Shown: in pieces, positions 10,552 through 24,546 of the stretch | How positions within the stretch are numbered: the first letter of the stretch is position 1 | Layout of the letters: each line of letters starts with the position of its first letter | DNA from: a virus | Taxonomy: Duplodnaviria > Heunggongvirae > Uroviricota > Caudoviricetes | Reading direction: 5' to 3' (one strand) | Virus record (IMG/VR): IMGVR_UViG_2909303794_000009 | DNA: 35,890 nucleotides | The notes under the pieces: generated by a model | Seen by the model: only the letters and a program-made list of their open reading frames with translations | Database searches by the model: none | Told to the model about the DNA's origin: nothing | Made by a program: the position numbers and the translations under genes

Positions 10552-13109
10552 CGTCCACCTCCGGAGAACAGGCCACCATCACGCATCTGTGTCTGAATTT
10601 CATCACGGGCACCCTTGCGGGCCATGTCATACACCGCCTTCAGAGCAGCCGGACCTATCTGCCCGTTCGTGCCGTCGTTGTTAATCACCACATGGTTATT
10701 CTGCTCAAACGTCCCGGACGCCTGCGACCGGCTGTCTGCCATGCTGCCCGGTGTACCGACATAACCGCCGGTGGCATAGCCGCGCATCAGCCGGTAAAGA
10801 TTCCCCACGCCAATCCGGCTGGTTGCCTCCTTCGTGAAGACAAACTCACCACGGTGAACAATCCCCGCTGGCTCATATTTGCCGCCGGTTCCCGTAAATC
10901 CTCCGGTTGCAAAATGGAATTTCGCCGCAGCGGCCTGAATGGCTGTACCGCCTGACGCGGATGCTCCACCACTGGCAGCACCGCCAATGGCGCTGCCGAT
11001 ACTCCCGACAATCCCCACCATTGCCTGCTTAAGCAGAATTTCTGTCATCATGGACAGCACGGAACGGGTGAAGCTGCGCCAGTTCTGCTCACTGCCGGTC
11101 AGCATCGCTGCCATATTCTGTGCAATACCATCAAAGGTCTGCGTGGCTGCACTTTTTACCTGCGACATACTGTCCGTGGCGCTCTCTTCCCACTCACTCC
11201 AGCCGGACTTCAGGCCTGCCATCCAGCTCCCGCGAAGCTGGTCTTCAGCCGCCCAGGTCTTTTTCTGCTCTGACATGACGTTATTCAGCGCCAGCGGATT
11301 ATCGCCATACTGTTCCTTCAGGCGCTGTTCCGTGGCTTCCCGTTCTGCCTGCCGGTCAGTCAGCCCCCGGCTTTTCGCATCAATGGCGGCCCGTTTTGCC
11401 CGTTGCTGCTGTGCGAATTTATCCGCCTGCTGCGCCAGCGCGTTCAGGCGCTCCTGATACGTAACCTTGTCGCCAAGTGCAGCCAGCTGGCGTTTGTACT
11501 CCAGCGTCTCATCTTTATGCGCCAGCAGGGATTTCTCCTGTGCGGACAGCTGGCGACGTTGTGCCGCCTCCTCCAGTACCGCGAACTGACTTTCTGCCTT
11601 CCACAAATCCCGGCGCTGCTGGCTGATTTTCTCATTCGCTCCGGCATGCTTCTCCAGCGTCCGGAGTTCTGCCTGAAGCGTCAGCAGGGCAGCATGAGCA
11701 CTGTCTTCCTGACGATCGCCCGCAGACACCTTCACGCCGGACTGTTTCGGCTTTTTCAGCGTCGCTTCATAATCCTTTTTCGCCGCCGCCATCAGCGTGT
11801 TGTAATCCGCCTGCAGGATTTTCCCGTCTTTCAGTGCCTTGTTCAGTTCTTCCTGACGGGCGGTATATTTCTCCAGCGGCGTCTGCAGCCGTTCGTAAGC
11901 CTTCTGCGCCTCTTCGGTATATTTCAGCCGTGACGCTTCGGTATCGCTCTGCTGCTGCGCATTTTTGTCCTGTTGAGTCTGCTGCTCAGCCTTCTTTCGG
12001 GCGGCTTCAAGCGCAAGACGGGTCTTTTCACGATCATCCCAGTAACGCGCCCGCGCTTCATCGTTAACAAAATAGTCATCCTTGCGCAGATTCCAGATGT
12101 CGTCTGCTTTCTTAAACGCAGCCTCTGCCTTAATCAGCATCTCCTGCGCGGTATCAGGACGACCAATATCCAGCACCGCATCCCACATGGATTTGAATGC
12201 CCGCGCTGTCCTGTCTGCCCAGGTCTCCAGCGTGCCCATGTTCTCTTTCAGGCGGCGGGTCTGGTCATCAAACCCTTTCGTTGCGGCTTCGTTCGCCGCC
12301 TGCAATGCCCCGGCTTCATCGCCGGAACGCTGCAACTGAGCAACATACGCAATCTGCTCCGCCGTCACGTTATGGAACTGGCGCGCCATCGCCGTCAGCC
12401 CCGACGTCGGGTCAGTGGTCAGCTTCCCGAAGGCTTCAGCGACCTTGTCCACCTCCACACCGGATGCAGAAGAGAAACGCGCCACACTCTGGCTGATGGA
12501 CGCAATCTGAGCCTCACCGCTTACCCCCGCCTTAACCAGTGCACTGAGTGACTCGCTGGTCTGGTTAAACGTCAGCCCTGCCGCCTGCCCGGCTCTGGAC
12601 AGGACCAGCATACGATCTGCCGTCAGACCCGACTGATTACCGGAAAGGACCAGCGTTTTGTTGAAATCGGACAGGGTTGAGTTACCCTGATACCAGGCAT
12701 ACGCCAGCGCACCGGTCGCCACCGCCAGCGAGGTGGCCCCGACCATCGGCAGGGTGATCGCACCGGCAAGCCCCCGGAACATGGGGATCATCCCGCCGAA
12801 GGAGTCCTTAACCTGACCACCCTGTTGCAGCAGGATCAGCCACGGGCTTTGCCCGCCTGCAAGCTGCGTGGCCACGTCGGTGAACTGTGCAGGCAGCATA
12901 CGCATGGCGGCTTTATACTGCCCGACGGAAATCCCCGCTTTCTGTGCAGCCAGCGCCTGTCGGCTCAGCGACTGTTCAACGACTGCCGCTGTTTTTTTCG
13001 CATCAGTTTCCGTACCGGAAAAATGACGCCTGACTCTGGCCATCTGCTCGTCAAATCTGGCCGCATCCAGACTTAAATCAACGACCAGATCGCCTACCGG
13101 TTCAGCCAT
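10548..13109 (-). CDS. H: Tail tape measure protein H (853 aa)
   Basis: 853 aa, same as lambda H; coiled-coil-rich middle (QQ/KK/EE repeats), Gly-rich C-terminal part; follows G/T. Confidence 0.9.
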   Translation of the reverse strand: MAEPVGDLVVDLSLDAARFDEQMARVRRHFSGTETDAKKTAAVVEQSLSRQALAAQKAGISVGQYKAAMRMLPAQFTDVATQLAGGQSPWLILLQQGGQVKDSFGGMIPMFRGLAGAITLPMVGATSLAVATGALAYAWYQGNSTLSDFNKTLVLSGNQSGLTADRMLVLSRAGQAAGLTFNQTSESLSALVKAGVSGEAQIASISQSVARFSSASGVEVDKVAEAFGKLTTDPTSGLTAMARQFHNVTAEQIAYVAQLQRSGDEAGALQAANEAATKGFDDQTRRLKENMGTLETWADRTARAFKSMWDAVLDIGRPDTAQEMLIKAEAAFKKADDIWNLRKDDYFVNDEARARYWDDREKTRLALEAARKKAEQQTQQDKNAQQQSDTEASRLKYTEEAQKAYERLQTPLEKYTARQEELNKALKDGKILQADYNTLMAAAKKDYEATLKKPKQSGVKVSAGDRQEDSAHAALLTLQAELRTLEKHAGANEKISQQRRDLWKAESQFAVLEEAAQRRQLSAQEKSLLAHKDETLEYKRQLAALGDKVTYQERLNALAQQADKFAQQQRAKRAAIDAKSRGLTDRQAEREATEQRLKEQYGDNPLALNNVMSEQKKTWAAEDQLRGSWMAGLKSGWSEWEESATDSMSQVKSAATQTFDGIAQNMAAMLTGSEQNWRSFTRSVLSMMTEILLKQAMVGIVGSIGSAIGGAASGGASASGGTAIQAAAAKFHFATGGFTGTGGKYEPAGIVHRGEFVFTKEATSRIGVGNLYRLMRGYATGGYVGTPGSMADSRSQASGTFEQNNHVVINNDGTNGQIGPAALKAVYDMARKGARDEIQTQMRDGGLFSGGGR

Positions 13110-13536
13110 ACCGGACTCCTCCTGCGATCCCTTCTGATACTGTCATCAGCATTACGTCATCCTCCGTCATGTCCGCCACATCCGGGGAAGCGGGGATAAC
13201 TTCATTCCCGTCCGGGCCAAAGCGGACACCTCCGGCAAGCCCTGCCGCTTTCTGCATCAGCACATCATCTTCAGGCTCTTCGTCAGCCTCGCGCCGGTTA
13301 AGCAGACTGAAATCCAGCGGATGCATATCCGGATCGCTGAAAAACAGGCTGAGCACGGTGTACGTCAGCCCGGAAAAGTGCATATCCAGCAGAACATCAT
13401 GAAAATAATGGGTACTGTAAAAGCGGTGCCAGTCGGCATACTCCGTGGATGACATCCCGGCAAGCATGGCACGCCAGTCGGGTCGCCCCATCTCACGCGC
13501 CAGTTTCAGGGCAAAACTCAGCTCACCGTCGAACAC
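13102..13536 (-). CDS. T: Tail assembly chaperone T frame (made as a G-T fusion by -1 frameshift)
   Basis: 144-codon frame MFDGELSFALKLAREMGRPDW... overlapping the 3' end of G by 19 nt; lambda T-like. Confidence 0.8.
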   Translation of the reverse strand: MFDGELSFALKLAREMGRPDWRAMLAGMSSTEYADWHRFYSTHYFHDVLLDMHFSGLTYTVLSLFFSDPDMHPLDFSLLNRREADEEPEDDVLMQKAAGLAGGVRFGPDGNEVIPASPDVADMTEDDVMLMTVSEGIAGGVRYG

Positions 13537-13940
13537 TTTCCCGCAAAAACAGGCTCTGCAGGCCCGGCGTCCTCTGTCTGTTCAGGGGCATTATTCACCA
13601 CAAACTCATACATACCGGACAGCCGGTACACCACGTTTTCAGCATGAGAAATTGCCTCCGTGGGCCAGGTGGTAAGCACTTCCTGCTCAATTTGTTTAAC
13701 GGCTTCATTCATGGACGGCATCTGCGTCTTCTGCGGATGGTTATGCCACAGGGACATCGCCACCACAAAAGCGCCGGTTCTGATGGCGTCTTCCACAGTA
13801 AACTTCCGATTGCTGTCTGACTCCGCCTGTTCTGCCTGCCGTTTCATCAGGGCGAGATGCTCAATACGCTGCAGGGCTGACAGTTCAGAAAGCGTGACGG
13901 TCACACCGTTATGTTCAAATGATTCGGTTTTCAGGAACAT
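13518..13940 (-). CDS. G: Tail assembly chaperone G (140 aa)
   Basis: MFLKTESFEHNGVTVTLSELSALQRIEHLALMKRQAEQ... lambda G-like; ends just past the slippery site. Confidence 0.85.
   Translation of the reverse strand: MFLKTESFEHNGVTVTLSELSALQRIEHLALMKRQAEQAESDSNRKFTVEDAIRTGAFVVAMSLWHNHPQKTQMPSMNEAVKQIEQEVLTTWPTEAISHAENVVYRLSGMYEFVVNNAPEQTEDAGPAEPVFAGKCSTVS
13536..13542 (-). promoter_or_regulatory. Programmed -1 ribosomal frameshift slippery heptamer GGGAAAG (G to G-T)
   Basis: Minus-strand GGGAAAG lies a few codons before the G stop, exactly where the T frame opens; conserved lambdoid G-T frameshift arrangement. Confidence 0.6.
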
Positions 13941-13955
13941 CTCTGACTCTCCGGA

Positions 13956-14696
13956 TTAACTGGCGGTGACGGTGATTTCTGCAACCGCAGCAAACTCACC
14001 ATTACCGGATACGACCGGAATGTTGACCTTACCTGCAGCAACGCCATTCACGGTGATGGTCATACCACTGACCGACACGGTGGCTTTTGTTTTATCCGCT
14101 GACACCGCACGGAAGCTCTTGTCGGTTGCGCCTTCCGGCTGGAAGGCCACGGTCAGCGTGGTGCTCTTCCCTTTCACTACGGAAGCGCTGGCTGGCGTCA
14201 CGGTCATGCCGGTTGCCGCTGTTACCGTGCTGCGATCTTCTGCCATCGACGGACGTCCCACATTGGTGACTTTCACCGTGCGGGTGATCACTTCCTTCGC
14301 CGTCACCGCCTTACCGATACTGCTGACCCAGCCACGGAACACATCGACCGTGCCGTTCGGGAAGCGGATTTTATAGGCACGGGTATCGCCTTCATTAAAC
14401 CACGCCAGCAGCGCCTGCTGCCCCTGCTCTCCGGGCATCCACGCCAGCGTGAAGCTGGTATCTCCGGCAGATTTCTGCCCCTGCCCGGTCGCGGTCCAGT
14501 CTGCATCTTCATCATCGAGATAGCTGTCGTCATAGGACTCAGCGGTCAGTTCGCCGGGCGTCAGGTCTTTAACTTTAGCCAGACGCGACCAGTCAACGTC
14601 TGAAAGCGGGTTCGCATAAGGGTCACCGTTCCCCTTATAAACCCACAGGGTGGTCCCGGCCCCTTTCACCGGCATTACTGGATTTGGTACAGGCAT
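13956..14696 (-). CDS. V: Major tail tube protein V with C-terminal Ig-like domain (246 aa from MPVPNP start)
   Basis: Lambda V-like; the ORF-track frame extends 10 codons further 5' (to 14726) but the conserved start [12 protein letters not shown] leaves a 7-nt gap after U. Confidence 0.9.
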   Translation of the reverse strand: MPVPNPVMPVKGAGTTLWVYKGNGDPYANPLSDVDWSRLAKVKDLTPGELTAESYDDSYLDDEDADWTATGQGQKSAGDTSFTLAWMPGEQGQQALLAWFNEGDTRAYKIRFPNGTVDVFRGWVSSIGKAVTAKEVITRTVKVTNVGRPSMAEDRSTVTAATGMTVTPASASVVKGKSTTLTVAFQPEGATDKSFRAVSADKTKATVSVSGMTITVNGVAAGKVNIPVVSGNGEFAAVAEITVTAS

Positions 14697-14703
14697 ATCG
14701 TCC

Positions 14704-15099
14704 TCACATTTCATAGGTAATGACATAAGTCAGATCGGCTGAACTCCACAGGCCCGCATCATCGTCGCGCCGGTAGTCATAGCCGCTGGCCACCATACTG
14801 GTGATCAAATCTGACAGTGCCGGGATATCACTCATCACCGGATAAATCCGGGACTCCATCCACTCATCCAGCTCTGAATCCGGCACCTGAGCAGGCAGGA
14901 AAACTTCGATATGCAGCTCCGCCTGCCAGGTATCGCTGTCCAGCTCTTCGCCCGTGTATTCAGCGCCGGTGAGATAAACGGCAATTGCCGGAAAATCCGC
15001 CTCATCAAAAACAGCGGGGCGACCATCAAAAAGCGTCGCCCCGGTGTCATGCTTCTCCAGTGCATCCAGTACGGCTGCACGGAGTTCAGTATGTTTCAT
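14704..15099 (-). CDS. U: Tail terminator protein U (131 aa)
   Basis: Lambda U-like length and sequence, position Z-U-V. Confidence 0.9.
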   Translation of the reverse strand: MKHTELRAAVLDALEKHDTGATLFDGRPAVFDEADFPAIAVYLTGAEYTGEELDSDTWQAELHIEVFLPAQVPDSELDEWMESRIYPVMSDIPALSDLITSMVASGYDYRRDDDAGLWSSADLTYVITYEM

Positions 15100-15674
15100 C
15101 GCTTTATTACCATTCTCAGTTGATGCTGCAGCGCATAGCCCAGCTCTTTCGGAAGACGTTCACGCCGTATCCGTTCAATATTCTGTTTAAACGCCGTGGT
15201 AAGCGGCACCGCCATCGGGATTTTCACCACATCAATGGGGTAACGGTTTTTCCCGGCCACACGCTGCATGACATGCCACCGGCCATTTTTCAGTTGCTGA
15301 ATAAACGCGCCGGGAATACGACGGTTTCCCACCACAAGCACGCTGCCGCCACCTTTCAGGGATGAACGCTGCCCCTTTTTACGACGTCTGCGGCGGGAAA
15401 GGACAACCCGCGCGTTACCCAGCTTGATTACGGGCAAATCCCCCCGGTTAACCCTGATTCTGGCCTGCGGATTTTTGACCGTGGCCCTTTTCAGCCTGGC
15501 CCTTTCCTTTACCAGTTTCCGGCGTACCTTTGTCTCACGGGCAACCTGTGACGCAGACTGCGATATCGCGGATGACGCAACGCGGTTAATGGCCATTGCG
15601 GCGGCACCAGGCACCGCCGTTTTGCTGATACGGCTGAGGTTTTCAACGGCCTGCTCAAGACCTTTTATGGCCAT
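15096..15674 (-). CDS. Z: Tail completion protein Z (192 aa)
   Basis: Lambda Z-like length; basic Arg/Lys-rich middle; 4-nt overlap with U. Confidence 0.85.
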   Translation of the reverse strand: MAIKGLEQAVENLSRISKTAVPGAAAMAINRVASSAISQSASQVARETKVRRKLVKERARLKRATVKNPQARIRVNRGDLPVIKLGNARVVLSRRRRRKKGQRSSLKGGGSVLVVGNRRIPGAFIQQLKNGRWHVMQRVAGKNRYPIDVVKIPMAVPLTTAFKQNIERIRRERLPKELGYALQHQLRMVIKR

Positions 15675-15685
15675 ACATCCCCCTT

Positions 15686-16039
15686 TCAGCGGCGACGGTT
15701 AACGGCAGGCGGCACGCCCCGCCCAAGCCAGAGATGACAGCTTCCGCCATCATCCGGCGAAATCCGGTCCACCCAGAAGTTTTCCTCGCCGATGGTCAGT
15801 GTGTCTCCACGCCGCAGCTGCCGCACATCATCAGTCCGGACAAACAGGGACGGGCTGGAGCCTTCAACGCGCACCCCCTGTCCGGCATAGCTGATATTTT
15901 CAGGGTCATCAAAAACACCACGTATCACAGCACCGGACAGCTCACCGGATGTCATGGTGGCTGACGTTCCCATGTACCCGCGTATCGTTTCATCGGCGCG
16001 GGCAATGGCAGCATCGAACAGGTTATCGGAATCAGCCAC
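15686..16039 (-). CDS. FII: Head-tail connector protein FII (117 aa)
   Basis: Lambda FII-like length and position between FI and Z. Confidence 0.85.
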   Translation of the reverse strand: MADSDNLFDAAIARADETIRGYMGTSATMTSGELSGAVIRGVFDDPENISYAGQGVRVEGSSPSLFVRTDDVRQLRRGDTLTIGEENFWVDRISPDDGGSCHLWLGRGVPPAVNRRR

Positions 16040-16050
16040 AGCGCCTCCCG

Positions 16051-16446
16051 TTATTGCATTCTGGCCAGGCCATGTTCTGTCATTTCGGCTGCCACACCGG
16101 CAGAGACACGAAACGCCGTTCCCGGCAGCACAAATGCCACAGGTTCATCCCGCGTGGCGTGAAGTGCATCGGTATGCAGCGTCACCAGTGCCACAACCGT
16201 GACCAGAGCAGCCGTATCAGTCACGGTATCCGTCTGTGCTGATACCACCTCATTTTCATGTCCGGTCAGCGCATTTTCCGGGCTGACAGACGAGTCCTGA
16301 CCGGCAGCGTCATCCGTGTCATCAAGCTCCTCTTCCAGCTCTGCCACACGGAGCGCCAGTTCTTCTTTCGTCCCCGTCAGGCTGACATCACGGTTCAGTT
16401 GCTCACCCAGCGACCGGAGACGGGCAATCAGTTCATCTTTCGTCAT
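16051..16446 (-). CDS. FI: DNA packaging protein FI (132 aa from MTKDELIARL start)
   Basis: Lambda FI-like sequence; GGAGGAG RBS 6 nt upstream of the ATG at 16446; the ORF track extends 13 codons further to 16485. Confidence 0.8.
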   Translation of the reverse strand: MTKDELIARLRSLGEQLNRDVSLTGTKEELALRVAELEEELDDTDDAAGQDSSVSPENALTGHENEVVSAQTDTVTDTAALVTVVALVTLHTDALHATRDEPVAFVLPGTAFRVSAGVAAEMTEHGLARMQ

Positions 16447-16487
16447 GGACTCCTCCACAGAGAGAAAATGGCCCCTAAGGGCCATGA

Positions 16488-17513
16488 TTACGCCAGTTGA
16501 ACGGACACGAACTCATCAGGATCAGCCAGCAGCATCAGCGGTGCTGACTGAATCATGGTGAACTCTCGCGCCGGATCGCCGGATGTCTTCCAGTTTTTCG
16601 GATAACGGGGAGACGCATTAATGCCCTCACTCAATGCATCCGCATCCTGAATACAGCCATAGGTGCGCAGACCGCGTGCATGAGTGTTCCCCAATACCAT
16701 CGTGTTGTCCGGCAGGAAGTTCTTTTTGACGCCGTTTTCCACGTACTGTCCGGAATACACGACGATGGCCACATCGCCATACATTCCCTTATAAGACACC
16801 GCTTTGCCCAGGTCTTTTACCGCTGTCTCCAGTTCGGAATGAGAGCCGCGACGGGTATCCAGCTTCTCCCTGACGGCTTTGAAGGAACGGAACAGCGCCC
16901 AGCCTTTCGGATCAAACACGATGATATTCACCACGCCGCTGGCGTTCAGCGCGTAGGCTTCGATATCGTCGGTCGGGTCATACGTGGACTTGTCACGCTT
17001 GCTCCACTCCGTGCCGCCGGACTGCGTGATGTTGTTCGCCGCACTGCGGCCCATATCCACCTCAACCGGATCGAAGGCTTCACCGGTCATGGTGTATTTG
17101 CCCTTGAGCACGGCAGAAACTGCCTGCATCTCTTCGACCTGAGCAATGGCCAGCTCCTCATCACGCATGTTCTGCAGGATGATGCGACGGCGGCGGTAAG
17201 CCGGGTCCGCCAGATTCTGCGGATCTTCATCCGGCAGGCGACGCAGGGTCATCTGCGGATTCACTTCATGCTTGGGTTTGACATATCCCGGCGTAAATTC
17301 AGAGGTGGAGCCGCCACGGGAACGGATAACCTCACCGGAAACAATCGGCGAAACGTACAGCGCCATGTTTACCAGTCCCGGAATTTGTGAGAGATAGACT
17401 TTCTCCGTAGTGAAGGGATAGCTCTCACGGAAAAAGAGACGCAGAAACAGCGGATCAAACTTAAATTTCTGCTCATTTGCCGCCAGCAGCTGGGCGGTTG
17501 TGTACATCGACAT
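16488..17513 (-). CDS. E: Major capsid protein E (341 aa from MSMYTTAQLL start)
   Basis: Near-identical to lambda gpE as recalled; the ORF-track frame begins 9 codons earlier at an alternative start codon. Confidence 0.9.
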   Translation of the reverse strand: MSMYTTAQLLAANEQKFKFDPLFLRLFFRESYPFTTEKVYLSQIPGLVNMALYVSPIVSGEVIRSRGGSTSEFTPGYVKPKHEVNPQMTLRRLPDEDPQNLADPAYRRRRIILQNMRDEELAIAQVEEMQAVSAVLKGKYTMTGEAFDPVEVDMGRSAANNITQSGGTEWSKRDKSTYDPTDDIEAYALNASGVVNIIVFDPKGWALFRSFKAVREKLDTRRGSHSELETAVKDLGKAVSYKGMYGDVAIVVYSGQYVENGVKKNFLPDNTMVLGNTHARGLRTYGCIQDADALSEGINASPRYPKNWKTSGDPAREFTMIQSAPLMLLADPDEFVSVQLA

Positions 17514-17568
17514 AAAAAAATCCCGTAAAAAAAGCCGCACAGGCGGCCTTTAGTGATGAAGGGTAAAG

Positions 17569-17901
17569 TTAAACGATGCTGATTGCCGTTCCGGCAAACG
17601 CGGTCCGTTTTTTCGTCTCGCCGCTGGCAGCCTCCGGCCAGAGCACATCCTCATAACGGAACGTGCCGGACTTGTAGAACGTCAGCGTGGTGCTGGTCTG
17701 GTCAGCATCAACCGCCAGAATGCCAACGGCAGCACCGTCGGTGGTGCCATCCCACGCAACCAGCTTACGGGTGGAGGTATCCAGCATCAGCGGGGTCATT
17801 GCAGGCGCTTTCGCACTCAATCCGCCGGGCGCGGTTGCCGTATGTGCCGGGTCACTGTTGCCCAGCGGCTGGTAATGGGTAAAGGTTTCTTTGCTCGTCA
17901 T
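17569..17901 (-). CDS. D: Capsid decoration protein D (110 aa from MTSKETF start)
   Basis: Lambda gpD-like sequence (…[22 protein letters not shown]…). Confidence 0.85.
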   Translation of the reverse strand: MTSKETFTHYQPLGNSDPAHTATAPGGLSAKAPAMTPLMLDTSTRKLVAWDGTTDGAAVGILAVDADQTSTTLTFYKSGTFRYEDVLWPEAASGETKKRTAFAGTAISIV

Positions 17902-17910
17902 AAACATCCC

Positions 17911-18516
17911 TTACACTGGTGTGTTCAGCAAATCGTTAACGGCATCAGATGCCGGGTTACCTGCAGCCAGCGGTGCCGGTGCCCCCTGCATCAGACGATC
18001 CAGCGCAGTGTCACTGCGCGCCTGTGCACTCTGTGGTGCTGCGGCCAGAATGCGGCGGGCCGTTTCCACGGTCATACCGGGGGTTTCTGCCAGCACGCGT
18101 GCCTGTTCTTCGCGTCCGTGAGCCTCCTCACAGTTGAGGATCCCCATAATGCGGCTGTTTTCTGCCGCAACCGCTGCGGTGATCTGCGCGTTCACGTCCG
18201 GCTGCGCCGCGCTGGCGTTCTCGCCCTCCGTCGCTGGCACCACGTCAGTAACGTCAGCCTGCGAAGCAGTGGCTGAAACAGTTGTTGATTGAGTCTCTTT
18301 GGTCATTCGCCCTCCTGAGAGACGGGATTTACGTGCATCCAGTGCATCACGCATGACGGTGATCGCATCGGTGCTGTTAACAAGTTCATCAGCCAGTCCG
18401 GCATCAATGGCCTCCTGACCGCTGTACACTGCAGCCTCGGTATCCAGCACAGCCTGCACGGACAGGCCGGTATATGCCGACACCTTCTGCGCAAACATCT
18501 GGCGGGTTGCGTCCAT
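17911..18516 (-). CDS. Nu3: Scaffolding protein Nu3 (in-frame C-terminal 201 codons of C)
   Basis: Internal start MDATRQMFAQKV... gives 201 aa ending at the C stop; nested in-frame arrangement known from lambda. Confidence 0.6.
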   Translation of the reverse strand: MDATRQMFAQKVSAYTGLSVQAVLDTEAAVYSGQEAIDAGLADELVNSTDAITVMRDALDARKSRLSGGRMTKETQSTTVSATASQADVTDVVPATEGENASAAQPDVNAQITAAVAAENSRIMGILNCEEAHGREEQARVLAETPGMTVETARRILAAAPQSAQARSDTALDRLMQGAPAPLAAGNPASDAVNDLLNTPV

Positions 18517-19210
18517 CCGGGACTGCAGTGTCTCCCGGACGTCATCCGGAAGATGGCTGTAGGGGTTGCCATCCACCTTATGGCTGCCGCTGTAAATCAG
18601 CGTGATTTCCACACCCTGTTTCTCCAGCGCAGCACCGTAATTACTGTGAGCCATCATGACGCCGATGGAGCCTGTCCGGGCGGTCTGCGTGACCAGACGC
18701 CGGGAGGCGGCACTGGCAAGCAACTGACCTGCACTGCAGTTCATGTCGTTGGCCAGCGCCCATACCGGTTTTATGTCACGCACACGGGCGATGATGTCAG
18801 CGCAGTCAAATGCCCCCGCCACCATCCCGCCGGGCGTGTCCATATCGAGCAGAATGCCGTCCACCATCGGATCGCTGGCAGCCTGTTGCAGACGGGCGAT
18901 AATGCCGTTGTAACCGGTCATCCCCGAGTACGGCTGCAGCGCCCGCGTCCGGCTGACCAGCGTGCCGGACACCGGCAGCACGGCGATGCCGTTCATGACC
19001 TGATAACTGCGGGCCTGTCGTGGTCCGTCATCATCACCGGATAATGCCAGCGTCGCGAGTGCCTCCTGGGCAGTCAGGCTGTCGCCGGACACCGCATCCG
19101 TCAGGCGGCTGATCCCAAGCTGGCCTGCAAGCGCACAAAAGAAAACCCGCGCATAGGCGGGTTCAAGCATCAGCGGCTCATTAAAGGCCATGCTGGCAAT
19201 ATGCGGGAGA

Positions 19211-19230
<20 letters not shown>
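17911..19230 (-). CDS. C: Capsid assembly protease/scaffold C (439 aa, alternative start codon)
   Basis: Lambda C-like from (V/M)TAELRNLPHIASMAF...; 20-nt overlap with the 3' end of B as in lambda; the ORF track extends 45 codons upstream in the same frame. Confidence 0.85.
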
Positions 19231-22911
<3,681 letters not shown>

Positions 22912-22937
<26 letters not shown>

Positions 22938-23457
22938 TCAGCAACCCCGGTATCAGTTCATCCAGCGCGGCTGCTTTGTTCATGGCTTTGATGATATCCC
23001 GTTTCAGGAAATCAACATGTCGGTTTTCCAGTTCCGGAAAACGCCGCTGCACCGACAGGGGGATCCCGTCGAGAATACTGGCAATTTCACCTGCGATCCG
23101 CGACAGCACGAAAGTACAGAATGCGGTTTCCACCACTTCAGCGGAGTCTCTGGCATTTTTCAGCTCCTGTGCGTCGGCCTGCGCACGCGTAAGTCGATGG
23201 CGTTCGTACTCAATAGTCCCTGGCTGGAGATCTGTCTCGCTGGCCTGCCGCAGTTCTTCAACTTCCCGGCGCAGCTTTTCGTTCTCAATTTCAGCATCCC
23301 TTTCGGCATACCATCTTATAACGGCGGCAGAGTCATAAAGCACCTCATTACCCTTGCCACCGCCTCGCAGAACGGGCATTCCCTGTTCCTGCCAGTTCTG
23401 AATGGTACGGATACTCGCACCGAAAATGTCAGCCAGCTGCTTTTTGTTGACTTCCAT
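22912..23457 (-). CDS. Nu1: Terminase small subunit Nu1 (181 aa)
   Basis: MEVNKKQLADIFGASIRTIQNWQEQGMPV... wHTH N-terminus; lambda Nu1-like; first gene after cos. Confidence 0.9.
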
Positions 23458-23634
23458 TGTTCATTCCACGGCCAAAAACAGAGAAAGGAAACGACAGAGG
23501 CCCAAAAGCTCGTTTTCAGCACCTGTCGTTTCCTTTCTTTTCAGAGGGTATTTTAAATAAAAACATCAAGTTACGACGAAGAAGAACGGAAACGCCTTAA
23601 ACCGGAAAATTTTCATAAATAGCGAAAACCCGCG
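23458..23634. other. cosB region (terminase small-subunit and IHF binding region between cosN and Nu1)
   Basis: Minus-strand sequence from cosN to the Nu1 ATG matches the lambda left-end sequence as recalled (…CGCGGGTTTTCGCTATTTATGAAAATTTTCCGGTTTAAGGCGTTTCCGTTCTTCTTCGTC…). Confidence 0.6.
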
Positions 23635-23646
23635 AGGTCGCCGCCC
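23635..23646. other. cosN: 12-nt cohesive-end sequence GGGCGGCGACCT (minus-strand orientation)
   Basis: Plus strand AGGTCGCCGCCC at ~23635-23646, flanked by …CGACAGGTTACG (lambda right-end sequence) on the other side. Confidence 0.8.
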
Positions 23647-23845
23647 CGTAACCTGTCGGATCGCCGGAAAGGACCCGCAAAATGATAATAATTATCATCT
23701 GCATGTCACAACGTGCATCTACGCCATCAAACCACGTCAAATAATCAATTATGACGCAGGTATCATATTAATTGATCTGCATCAACTTAACGTAAAAACA
23801 ACTTCAGACAATACAAATCAGCGACACTGAATACGGGACAACCTC

Positions 23846-24079
23846 ATGTCAACGAAGAACAGAACCCGCAGAACAACAACCCGCAACATCCGCTTTCCTA
23901 ACCAAATGATTGAACAAATTAACATCGCTCTTGATCAAAAAGGGTCCGGGAATTTCTCAGCCTGGGTCATTGAAGCCTGCCGCCGGAGACTGTGCTCAGA
24001 AAAAAGAGTTTCTCCTGAAGCAAACAAAGAAAAGAGTGACATTACTGAATTGCTCAGAAAACAGATCAGACCAGATTGA
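23846..24079 (+). CDS. Small basic protein with ribbon-helix-helix-like N-terminal region (lambda right-end small ORF-like), 77 aa
   Basis: MSTKNRTRRTTTRNIRFPNQMIEQINIALDQKGSGNFSAWVIEACRRRL... has a strand-helix-helix pattern like Arc/CopG; AT-rich; opposite strand to the late genes. Confidence 0.55.
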   Translation: MSTKNRTRRTTTRNIRFPNQMIEQINIALDQKGSGNFSAWVIEACRRRLCSEKRVSPEANKEKSDITELLRKQIRPD

Positions 24080-24120
24080 AGCAATTTAGATAATCGTGCA
24101 GACTACGCCCCTCATATCAC

Positions 24121-24546
24121 ATGGAAGGTACTACAATGGCTCAGGTTGCCATTTTTAAACAAATATTCGATAAAGTGCGAAATAATTTAAACTATCACTG
24201 GTTTTATTCTGAACTAAAACGTCACAATGTCTCACATTACATTTACTATTTAGCCACAGAGAATATTCATCTTGTTCTTGAAAACGATAATACGGTTTTA
24301 ATAAAAGGACAGGGTAAGGTTGTAAATGTAAGATTTTCAAAAAATAAATGCCTTATAGAAGCCACCTTAAAAGGATTCAAATCAGGAGAGTTATCATTTT
24401 ACGAATACAGGAAAAATCTTGCTACAGCAGGGGTTTTCAGATGGATTACAAATATCCACGAAAACAAAAGGTATTACTATACCTTTGATAATTCATTACT
24501 CTTTACTGAGAACATTCAGAACACTACACAAATATTTCCGCACTAA
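24121..24546 (+). CDS. DUF1398-like putative envelope protein (lambda right-end ORF / YbcV-like), 141 aa
   Basis: …[38 protein letters not shown]-terminus resembles the uncharacterised lambda ORF adjacent to cos; low GC; same strand as the preceding small ORF. Confidence 0.55.
   Translation: MEGTTMAQVAIFKQIFDKVRNNLNYHWFYSELKRHNVSHYIYYLATENIHLVLENDNTVLIKGQGKVVNVRFSKNKCLIEATLKGFKSGELSFYEYRKNLATAGVFRWITNIHENKRYYYTFDNSLLFTENIQNTTQIFPH

Noticed and set aside
10939-11933. Plus-strand ORFs of 172 and 176 aa antisense to H
   Set aside because: Antisense frames within the tape measure gene, low-complexity Cys/Leu/Arg-rich translations, no independent support.
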